In this document: positions 1 through 8,260 of the stretch, one piece after another | Layout of the letters: the number at the start of each line of letters is the position of its first letter | Position numbering within the stretch: the first letter of the stretch is position 1 | Origin: Paraspadella gotoi | Taxonomy: Eukaryota > Animalia > Chaetognatha | Direction: 5' to 3' | Assembly (NCBI GenBank): GCA_051294375.1 | Contig: JBJCIZ010000012.1 | Coordinates: forward strand, 1-14,109 | Length of the DNA: 14,109 bases | Notes under the pieces: model-generated | What the model was told of the DNA's origin: nothing | Databases searched by the model: none | The model's input: the letters and a program-made list of their open reading frames with translations, nothing else | Program-made: the position numbers and the translations under genes

Positions 1-209
1 TTTTTTTTTTTTTTTTTGGATTTGCACTATTTTATTCACAGTGAAATTTAATGTTTCTATTACAGATTTTTAACTAATTTGCTCACAATGAAAAATTAAT
101 ACGACATTTATCTTTAAGTTTTTTTTTGTAATCTTAATCATAGGTTTTTTTTTTTTTTAAAGTTAATTCAATATGAATTCAAGCAATAAAGTTATAACTT
201 GATCCAAAT

Positions 210-1102
210 TTAATTCTGGACTCGCCACAAGTTCGTACCGGTTTTCTTTAATGTCATCTTTGTCTGCGACACGCGTTGTTCTCCCGTAATTGTCTTAAAC
301 GTTTCTGACCATCTCCGGTCAGCCTCCTCACGTTCGTAGTCCTTCCTCTCGAACTTGGCCTCTTTCTCTCGAATTTTAGCTTCTAGTCTTTCCTTTTCAT
401 TCTCGTACCTTCTGCTATCCTCAGCTCTCAGTTTTTCTAGACTCAGTACCCGTTCCTTATGCCATCCCAATTCTTTCAGAAGCTTGTTTCTCTCAGCTCT
501 AATTCTCTCCAAATCTCTTTCTATTTGAAGCTCGTGTGTTGGCTCCGTCTGGACTTTAACGCTTGCTCTGTTTTTTTTCTCTTGCTCATCACTGGCCTTA
601 GCATTGTTCCCACCTCTTGTGGTGGTGACTATCCTTTGGTGAGCAGGTTGTCGCGTCTTCCTTTCCTTTTTCCACCCAAAATTCTTTACCAAGAACCGCT
701 CATAAGCTTCTCTCGTCCAGCCTCGCCGCTTCGCCACACGCCACCAGGTTCTCCTTATTCTCTGAATAAGTGTTGGTATTTTTTCCTTTTCGTTCCAATG
801 TGCTGCAAAAGCGTACTCATCGCCGCTTCCCAGGATCAGTGGAATGCTAGGGTCCGTGAGCGCCAGCTGTGAGGTGAATTTTCCTTTGATGGATTTCTTG
901 AGGAAGCTTCCTGCTTTCTGTTTTAAACGTTTGAGATTTTTTAATTATTTAATAATTTTTTTTTTTTTTTTTTTTGTGCTCTCGATCTCCGTACCTCCTC
1001 AGGAAATAAGTTTTTTTCATTCCTTTGTGGGATCCAAGACGTAACATCCTCTTCATTTAAAGTCTCATCTTCTGCATGGAGATAAATGAAGTCTTCTTCC
1101 AT
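210..1102 (-). CDS. Putative ORF3 (~297 aa if joined), a charged coiled-coil protein of unknown function, interrupted by a 1-nt frame break at 941-944
   Basis: The frame of ORF 210..737 stays open upstream to 944 (LKNLKRLKQKAGSF...YAFAAHWNEKEKIPTLIQRIRRTWWRVAKRRGW...) but has no initiating ATG. ORF 941..1144 has an ATG at 1102 (MEEDFIYL...KKKKKKLLNN*) and overlaps it by 4 nt. The join is inferred. Confidence 0.55.
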
Positions 1103-1378
1103 TAGCGATGACTTGTTCTCCGAGGATAAAAAAAAATCACTCAAATGACTTTTCCAAAAAATCAGAATTTAACAAAGAAGACGTTTGCTCGTTATGCGCA
1201 CAATAGTGGGTAAAGCGTTTTTTTAACACGACTGTTTGCTTGCTTGAAGAATCATGCTTTGCGTTTATTCAACATTAATCAAATGTTTAGTTGATTATTT
1301 GTTTTGTTTTGTTTTGTTTTTTTTTCAGGAACTCAAATCTTAACAGGGTAAGTATTTTAATATTCTTATTGCAATTTT

Positions 1379-4300
1379 TTAATTTACTTCAAGTGGTACG
1401 AGAGTATTTTTGTGACGTCGACATGTTTTTCCATTAGGTAATTTGATAATGGCTTCTCTGTCATGGATGCCATTGCCGCTAGTTTCCATAATAATTCCTG
1501 TGCGCCAAGTGTTCCGTGGAGTATTTGGTTCAGTAATTATTACGAGTTGATTGATTTTTAAATCATCGTTTGATTTCATCCATTTATTTCTCTTATGTAG
1601 AGTTGTTATGTACTCGGCAGTCCATCTCCGCCAAAACTCGTCCGCAGTTTCTCTGACTTGACGCCATGTTGCCCTCATGGTGTCTCCTTCAGACGGTGCA
1701 TGGGGTAATAGGTTTAATGCTGCAGGGGAATGCAGGTATGGGTAGAGAAAGTTCATTGGCGACAAAACTATTTGGTCATGTGGATCTGAGGAAGCATAGG
1801 TAAGTGGTCTTTTATTTAAGATCGATGAAATCTCACAAAGGATTGTATTGAAAGTGTCCAGGTCGGGTTGCTCCGGCATTGCTGCTGCAATATGTTTTTT
1901 CGTCGATCGTACAAGTCTTTCCCAAATCCCTCCCCAATGAGGTGTGTTAGGTGGGCCGAATGTCCATTCTATTCCTCTCAATGTAATTTTGTCATTAAAT
2001 TTTTTATCGTCTTTCAGTTTTCGCAATTGTTTTTCTAAGTCGTTTGCAGCACCTGTGAAGTTAGTGCCATTGTCAGATATTATTCTCTCAAGACCAGGAA
2101 ATGAACTTTTGACACGAATGAGGGCATTAAGAACTGACTCAGTTGACATATCTTTTAATGTCTCAAAGACGACTGCTCTTGTGGCTAAACAAGTTAACAA
2201 TAGCACGTTTTTCTTGTTCAATCCTCTGCCTGCCATCTTAACTTGAAAGGGTCCAAAGACGTCGAGCCCAGTGTTTCGAAAGGGAATAGTGGGATCAACT
2301 CGATATATGGGAAGATCTGCCATTTTCTGTGGAGTGGGTAGTTTAAATAACCTCTGACATGTGATGCATTTTCTCACTATTGTTTCAACTGCTTGCCGGC
2401 CTCCAAGCAAAATATATTTCTGTTTTAAAGAATGGAATGTGGCTCCTGTTCCCGCATGCATCAGTGCTTGATGTTCATCTTCAATAATTGAGTTGACGAC
2501 TTCATCATTTTTTGGGAGGATCAGTGGATATTTCATTTCGTAAGGTAGGCTTGTTGCATTGCTGAGGCGCCCTCCTGTTCTCAGGCAACCATCCTCGTCA
2601 ACAAACGGGTTCAACATCGTGATCTTGGAACTACGGCTTCTAAGTTCCTTATGTGCATCTGGTGAACTGACTCCTAACTTTACGAGCTCAAATAATTCCC
2701 TTTTAAAGTGCCTTTGTTGCACAGCTCGTATTAGGATTACTTTTGCGTAACGAACAACTTTTGTATCTAACATGATGTTTTTTAAATTTGCTTTATTTTT
2801 CTTTTTCAGATATTCACCGATTTCCTTGACAATTTTTAGAAAATAGGCTACTCTACGTACTTTTTTCATCCATTCACCTAGTTTTTGTGTCATTCTCAAT
2901 GGCCAAGCCTCTTCACCGTCATCCTCGGGTACAGCTGGGTATTCTCTTGTAGCATTGATCAGCGCCAGTTCTACAGGTGAGAAGGCACTGTCTTTATGGA
3001 CTTCATTTATTTCTGGTTCTTTAGTTTTGTTGGCCTTTTTTATCTTTTCAGGGTCCTTTGTGATAGGCCAACTTTCTCGGGGCGTTCTCATCCATTCTGG
3101 TCCTTCATGAAAAATTTTCCATTTCTCCACATCTCCTGCTTCAAGTCCTCTACTGGTATAATCCGCGGGATTCAACTCTCCTGGAATGTGTCCCCAGTCA
3201 GTTATTTGAGTAAGTGAGCGAATTGCTTTTAATCTAAAATTTTCAAATGTGCGGAATCGTTTGGTCCAACTCTGTATCCATTTCAGAACAGTTGATGAGT
3301 CGGTCAGCATCACAACTTCGTCGAATATTTCTCCAGATTCTCTGATGATGGTGTCACGCATCTGCGCAGCAAGACGAGCAGAGTTCAACTCAAGACGGGG
3401 CATGCTGTCCCCATGCTCAATTTGACCTGGAATTTTTATTCTCTGCATTTGTGATGGTACAACATGAGCTCGTGCATAGAAAATTGAAATTTTATGTCTC
3501 CCACTTAACTCATTTTCCTTCTTCATGTAGGCTACTGCTCCATATCCTTCAAGGGAGGCGTCGCAACACACTATTAGCGTAGTTTTCGTCACTGCTAACC
3601 CATCAAGAGAGGTCCATCGTGGAATTCTCAGTTTCTTTAAGAGGTAAATGCTTTTTCTCCATTTATCAAATTCTTTGTAAATGTCATCAGGTAAATTTTC
3701 ATCCCATTCAATTTTTTGGTTACATACTTTTTGAGCTAACATTCTCCCTTTTATAATATATGGCGATGCAAACCCCATGGGATCAAAGACTGATGCGATT
3801 AAACGCCACATTTCTCTTCTGGTTTTAACTTCCTTTTCAACCTTCCCGGTAATTCTAATGAAATAGACGTCATGAAAAAAATTATAACCTGCTCCCAAAA
3901 CTTTGGTCGCAAATTCGCCTTCAGACGGGTCTGCAGGCAAAGCATTTTCAGCAAGAGTTTCAAGGTCATCAATCAATTCACCATCAACTGTCGCAGCAGC
4001 AATTACGGCGGCAGCTTCCTCGTCAGTGTCTGCAAGAGCTTCAGGATGGGAAGACTGCCATTTTCCGAGTTCAAAGCCTCCCAACTTCAATGCCTCAGTA
4101 AGTTCCTTTCTCATTTTTCTTGCTTCTTTTATTCCATCTAAGGAATCAAGATAGTCATCAACATAGAATTTTAAGAAAAGGGCAATGATAATTTCTGGTG
4201 AAAATTTATACTCAATCGATTTTCCATGATACTGTAGAACGAATGTGGATACACCAGGGCTTCCTGCTCCACCAAAGATGTGAACCAAAGGTTCATGTTT

Positions 4301-5539
4301 TTCTAAAGTCGTCATGCTTTTGTCTTTGTAAAAGAAGTATCTAAAGGCTCCAATGTCTTTAGGATCAAGTTCTATTTGATGAAAGAAGAGTTTTATATCT
4401 GCGGCCAGGGTAACTTTCTTTCTTCTAAATTTGAAAAGAATTCCGAGCAGTGGAGTTAAATTGTCAGGTCCAGGAATTAATTGATCATTCAATGAGGAGC
4501 CTTTGACCTTCGACGCGGCATCTTGACAGATCCTAAATTTCCCGGGCTTGTCCGGACGAGTGACGACAAGAAGGGGTGTATAGAATTCAGGTTGACCCTT
4601 TTCCAAAGTGTCTACTAGTACTTTCCTTGAATGTCCCATCTCGATGGTTTCCTCCATCGTTTTGAAGACTCCATCTCGCAAGACTTGATCTTGTCTCATC
4701 TTTTGGGCCGTCTTTCTGGCCCGGTTTTTTGCATTTTTAATAGAATCTTCTTTAACTGTTTCAAAGTACTCTGCCGTCCTTTCTCGTCCCTTCTTCCAGG
4801 GTGAAGGAGCAATGTAATGTCCCGTAACTGGATTCTTTCTAATTCCATCTTCAAGTTGCTTAATGGCATAAAGATCTTGTGCAGAGGGGTGGGTTACCTC
4901 TGAGGGGTATCTCTCATCTCCCTGTAGAATAAAATCATGCTTAAACATAGTGCTAATTAGGTATTCAAGTTTTTCAAATTCTGAAGAGTCAATGCAACAA
5001 CTTATGAGCTCTTCATTTTCACAAGAGTCAGATGCCCCGATCAGGGTCCATCCAAAGGACGTTTTGAGGGCCGTCGGTTGGCCAATTTGTCCCATTCTCA
5101 ACTCGCCTCCCACCCACAGTGGAGCAAAGCGAGCATCAAGAATCAAATCCACGGCATCGTCGTCGAGCTCGTCAAATTTGACCCCTTCCATATAATAATA
5201 ATCTAAAATATCTTCGTTTCTACAGGGTTTGTCATTTTCAGTGGTAAGTATGTCACCTACAAGAATCTTTTTAAGATTGGTTTCATTTGATCCATCTAAT
5301 GCCGCGATGGTAAGGTCAACATAATCTCTCCAGCATCTGGAAACTGTATCATAAGTTGTTAAATTTGTGAAAAGTGTGTATGGTTCTGCTTTCAATAAAC
5401 TCACTATCCTAGATGAAACTGCAGAGCGTGTCGCTCCACTGTCCAACATGGCATATGTCAAGGCCTTATTTGCCCCGTTCGAAACAACAACCGGAACAAT
5501 TGGGCGGAAGGCCCCGGCCGTGGCATACGCCGCCGAGAG
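1379..5539 (-). CDS. pol: Pol polyprotein (aspartic protease, reverse transcriptase, RNase H, integrase), in frame with gag; open from the codon right after the gag TGA
   Basis: Manual translation extends the ORF-track start (TTG at 5461) by 26 sense codons (LSAAYATAGAFRPIVPVVVSNGANKA) up to the gag stop. Protease: AMLDSGA. RT: ADIKLFFHQI and FYVDD (4165-4154). RNase H: CDAS/PRLEL/TDS/NPAD. Integrase: H-H-C-C (HQALMH...CITC) and D-D-E (GLDVFGP, SDNGTNF, WERLV). Ends at TAA. Confidence 0.95.
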   Translation of the reverse strand, partial: LSAAYATAGAFRPIVPVVVSNGANKALTYAMLDSGATRSAVSSRIVSLLKAEPYTLFTNLTTYDTVSRCWRDYVDLTIAALDGSNETNLKKILVGDILTTENDKPCRNEDILDYYYMEGVKFDELDDDAVDLILDARFAPLWVGGELRMGQIGQPTALKTSFGWTLIGASDSCENEELISCCIDSSEFEKLEYLISTMFKHDFILQGDERYPSEVTHPSAQDLYAIKQLEDGIRKNPVTGHYIAPSPWKKGRERTAEYFETVKEDSIKNAKNRARKTAQKMRQDQVLRDGVFKTMEETIEMGHSRKVLVDTLEKGQPEFYTPLLVVTRPDKPGKFRICQDAASKVKGSSLNDQLIPGPDNLTPLLGILFKFRRKKVTLAADIKLFFHQIELDPKDIGAFRYFFYKDKSMTTLEKHEPLVHIFGGAGSPGVSTFVLQYHGKSIEYKFSPEIIIALFLKFYVDDYLDSLDGIKEARKMRKELTEALKLGGFELGKWQSSHPEALADTDEEAAAVIAAATVDGELIDDLETLAENALPADPSEGEFATKVLGAGYNFFHDVYFIRITGKVEKEVKTRREMWRLIASVFDPMGFASPYIIKGRMLAQKVCNQKIEWDENLPDDIYKEFDKWRKSIYLLKKLRIPRWTSLDGLAVTKTTLIVCCDASLEGYGAVAYMKKENELSGRHKISIFYARAHVVPSQMQRIKIPGQIEHGDSMPRLELNSARLAAQMRDTIIRESGEIFDEVVMLTDSSTVLKWIQSWTKRFRTFENFRLKAIRSLTQITDWGHIPGELNPADYTSRGLEAGDVEKWKIFHEGPEWMRTPRESWPITKDPEKIKKANKTKEPEINEVHKDSAFSPVELALINATREYPAVPEDDGEEAWPLRMTQKLGEWMKKVRRVAYFLKIVKEIGEYLKKKNKANLKNIMLDTKVVRYAKVILIRAVQQRHFKRELFELVKLGVSSPDAHKELRSRSSKITMLNPFVDEDGCLRTGGRLSNATSLPYEMKYPLILPKNDEVVNSIIEDEHQALMHAGTGATFHSLKQKYILLGGRQAVETIVRKCITCQRLFKLPTPQKMADLPIYRVDPTIPFRNTGLDVFGPFQVKMAGRGLNKKNVLLLTCLATRAVVFETLKDMSTESVLNALIRVKSSFPGLERIISDNGTNFTGAANDLEKQLRKLKDDKKFNDKITLRGIEWTFGPPNTPHWGGIWERLVRSTKKHIAAAMPEQPDLDTFNTILCEISSILNKRPLTYASSDPHDQIVLSPMNFLYPYLHSPAALNLLPHAPSEGDTMRATWRQVRETADEFWRRWTAEYITTLHKRNKWMKSNDDLKINQLVIITEPNTPRNTWRTGIIMETSGNGIHDREAIIKLPNGKTCRRHKNTLVPLEVN

Positions 5540-5542
5540 TCA
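5503..5542 (-). promoter_or_regulatory. Candidate stop-codon readthrough signal: UGA-C plus 3' GC-rich stem-loop
   Basis: Sense RNA UCC UGA CUCUCGGCGGCGUAUGCCACGGCCGGGGCCUUCCGCC. UCUCGGC-GGC-[GUAU]-GCC-(ACG)-GCCGGGG pairs by inspection. Confidence 0.55.
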
Positions 5543-7972
5543 GGAGGAAGTCGATGGCTTGGGGTGGATCGAAACGTGGTGTCGATCTCCACAAGTCTTG
5601 CACCCGATCATCTTTTGACAGCGGGCTGCAACATGTCCAAATTGCAGACAACAGTAACACAAACACTTCTCTCTTAGTAGTGTCATCTTGGCTTCAAGGC
5701 TCAAGTCTAAGTACTTTTTACATTCACCAGATTGGTGACCTTGGTTACAAAAGGCACATTTTGGTGATGATGGCGATCTGGGAGCATGGGTGGCTGGATT
5801 CGAGTTTGGATTTGGAAAGCTAGTTGTATCAACACTGGCAGATACATTGGCAGATGAACTGTTGCGAGAAAAATTTAAATTTCTAGGGTTTGAGTTCAGA
5901 GTCTTAGTCATCGTTGTCGTCGTAGTCGTCGTTGTTCCGAAGATGACGACTCGGTTTTCTTGAATCTTTATTTGTCTTTTCAGGAAACGAAGAAATTCGT
6001 CAAAACTAGGGTCAAGATCAGTTGACAAATCGTCATTTTCATCATCCAACTTGGCGAGTTGTCTGTCTGCCATCTTCTTAGCCCAATCGTTGCCACATTG
6101 AGGAAACCTTTTGATAAGAATCTCATTGTAAGTCTCCTGAGTACCAAATCCTGCCGCGCGGCCCGTATTGCAGGCCCATCTGTAAATCTTTTCCAGTTCG
6201 AGAACAGCGGTTTTAATGGTTGCTGGATCTTTGTTTGTGATTTTTCCTCCTTTTAACCACTCCTCTAACATCTGTCTAGCCGTGTGAGATCTTTTTCCGA
6301 ATTCGAATTTTAAATCTCTTTTTGCCTTTTTTAGTGACTCTGAAAAATTTCCCGATGCTTCATACTGACCTATGATGTGAAGAGCGTCTCCTGCGAAATA
6401 TTCTTTCAATTCAGCGAACATCACTTCGTCAGTGATACCATCTATGTTGGCGAGTGAATCAAAAAGGTTTAATTGAGCTTCAAAGTCAACTTTTTTGTCT
6501 CCATTGAATTTGTATTTTGGTCTTTTCTGTCTCATCAACATAATTGCCTGATGTTGCATTTGTAATCGACACAATTGCGTCATTGGATCATTAACAGGTG
6601 GAGTGGAAGGAACTTGCGGTGTCACTATGGGTGTCGGCAACACTACTAAAGGCGGCGCCATTGAAGGCTGTATCACCGGAAGCGGCGCTGGCGATGATGG
6701 CGATGTCACTACAGGCGACGTGAACAAAGGCGCTGTCACCGGAAGTGGCGCCGACGATGGCGACGACACTGTAAGTGGCATTGTTGGGGACTGCGTCGTC
6801 GAAATCGGCACTGACAACGGCGTCACTGTGGGCGATGACGCCACTGAAAGTGGCGCCGGCAATGACGATGTCATCGGAGGTGGCACCGGCGTAGGTAACA
6901 TCAGTGGGAGCGGAATCAAAGGTGGGTCATCACTCACAACCGGCTGTTCCATTGGCAAAGGCGAAGGTACCTGTTGGATAATGGGTCTAATCGGCGACAA
7001 CTGCAACATCTCGGGAGGCGGCGCCGGAGCTACGAATGGAACCAGTGCCATCGGCTGAATCGTCGGCATCACACGTGCTCCATGTGGTGTTTCAACAACG
7101 GTGTTTTCACGTGAGTTAAATTGAAGACCATCGAAATCATGTTCCCTATCATCCTCTTCATCAATTTCAAGCTCTCTGATTTCTATTTCTCTCTGTTTTT
7201 TTCGAATTTCTATTTGTTTTCGTTTTTCTTCTATTTCTGCTTCAATTTGTTTTTGTTTACTTTCAAACTCTACCTGCAGGCGTTCCAATTCAAGTCGATC
7301 TCTTTCCTCCGCGGTTTTGGCTTTCTCTATCAGTCGATGCTTCTGCGATGCTCTGGATGCGCTAGACGCCACTGACCGGGCTCGTTTTGGCGATGACGTC
7401 GCGGGACTGTCGGACAAGGTGACTGTCGGACACGCGGAAACGGGAAGAGACCTTACCAATTGCACCGTGGTGGTTGGGTGAGCAATACATGTTGAGATTG
7501 AGCTATGTGGTGATGGCCATAAGGTACCATATTCTTCACCAATCGGACGTATGTTAATCGCAGAAAAACTTTTAGTTGACGCAAACGGAATGGGTGGAAC
7601 AACGGTCACGCGAGGAACTGATGCAGCGGAGATGAGCGGTGCCGGACGAGTCAGCGTCGTGATTGCGGATGAAATCGGTATCTCTGGGAACTCCTTGAAG
7701 GCATGTTTAACTCCATCAAGGACCATGTAAACGCGATCTGAGTCCAGCTTTGTCTCCCGCTTAATTAAATCTTTCAACTGCTTTGCCCCTGTTTTTAGGA
7801 GCTGACGCTGTATTTTTTCCTCAGCAACAACGTCCGGCGTCGGGTCATATTTTGCCAGATTTGCAAATCTTTTAAATGTGTCAACCCCTTCCGCTAATTG
7901 GGCGACGTAATATCTCACTCCCCTCTCTGTTACATGCTCGGGATCCGAAAAATATCCTAATAGAGATTCCAT
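5540..7972 (-). CDS. gag: Gag protein (810 aa) of BEL/Pao retrotransposon
   Basis: ATG in good context (AAAATGG). Contains a coiled-coil segment, a Pro/Ser/Thr/Val-rich region and a capsid-like region starting near FNGDKKVDF. Three knuckles: CAFCNQGHQSGEC, CYCCLQFGHVAARC, CKTCGDRHHVSIH. Ends at TGA 5542-5540. Confidence 0.9.
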   Translation of the reverse strand: MESLLGYFSDPEHVTERGVRYYVAQLAEGVDTFKRFANLAKYDPTPDVVAEEKIQRQLLKTGAKQLKDLIKRETKLDSDRVYMVLDGVKHAFKEFPEIPISSAITTLTRPAPLISAASVPRVTVVPPIPFASTKSFSAINIRPIGEEYGTLWPSPHSSISTCIAHPTTTVQLVRSLPVSACPTVTLSDSPATSSPKRARSVASSASRASQKHRLIEKAKTAEERDRLELERLQVEFESKQKQIEAEIEEKRKQIEIRKKQREIEIRELEIDEEDDREHDFDGLQFNSRENTVVETPHGARVMPTIQPMALVPFVAPAPPPEMLQLSPIRPIIQQVPSPLPMEQPVVSDDPPLIPLPLMLPTPVPPPMTSSLPAPLSVASSPTVTPLSVPISTTQSPTMPLTVSSPSSAPLPVTAPLFTSPVVTSPSSPAPLPVIQPSMAPPLVVLPTPIVTPQVPSTPPVNDPMTQLCRLQMQHQAIMLMRQKRPKYKFNGDKKVDFEAQLNLFDSLANIDGITDEVMFAELKEYFAGDALHIIGQYEASGNFSESLKKAKRDLKFEFGKRSHTARQMLEEWLKGGKITNKDPATIKTAVLELEKIYRWACNTGRAAGFGTQETYNEILIKRFPQCGNDWAKKMADRQLAKLDDENDDLSTDLDPSFDEFLRFLKRQIKIQENRVVIFGTTTTTTTTMTKTLNSNPRNLNFSRNSSSANVSASVDTTSFPNPNSNPATHAPRSPSSPKCAFCNQGHQSGECKKYLDLSLEAKMTLLREKCLCYCCLQFGHVAARCQKMIGCKTCGDRHHVSIHPKPSTSS

Positions 7973-8159
7973 TTTATTTTAGACTAAAAAACAGACGGTT
8001 CTATTGATTTATTTAATATAATCAAATTGCAAATCGAGTTTGTTTATTTTAATCATATTTTAATCAAATTTGTAATACGAATTTTTATTTTATTAGGCAC
8101 AAATGTTAACTTTATAAGGCACAAGTGAATGAGTTTTTTTTTTTTTTTTTTTTTGCACA

Positions 8160-8260
8160 GCCGGGCTTTTTCGCCACAGTTGGCTTTATTCGCCGGGTTT
8201 GGCTTATTCGCCGGGTTTGGCTTTTTTTTATCGCCGGGTTTTGGCTTTTAATCGCCGGCT
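8160..8260 (-). repeat. Five-copy ~20-nt tandem array in the retrotransposon 5' leader
   Basis: Sense units GGC-GA(A/U)n-GCC joined mostly by AAACCC-like linkers; plus-strand unit approximately TCGCCGGGTTTGGCTTTAT. Confidence 0.8.

Noticed and set aside
210-944. env gene
   Set aside because: No signal peptide, transmembrane helix or Cys pattern; the sequence is highly charged.
5540-5542. Alternative genetic code (UGA = Trp or Cys) as an explanation for the internal stop
   Set aside because: There is only one TGA in ~2200 codons despite many Trp and Cys residues using standard codons, and it sits precisely at the gag/pol boundary.
5462-5666. Ribosomal frameshift or separate TTG start for pol; the 66-aa ORF 5466..5666
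   Set aside because: gag and pol are in the same frame, so no shift is needed. The TTG is an internal Leu, and the small ORF is an off-frame overlap without motifs.
459-7375. Plus-strand ORFs antisense to ORF3, pol and gag (e.g. 459..872, 1944..2246, 6603..7058)
   Set aside because: These are shadow ORFs explained by the codon composition of the minus-strand genes and have no recognisable motifs.
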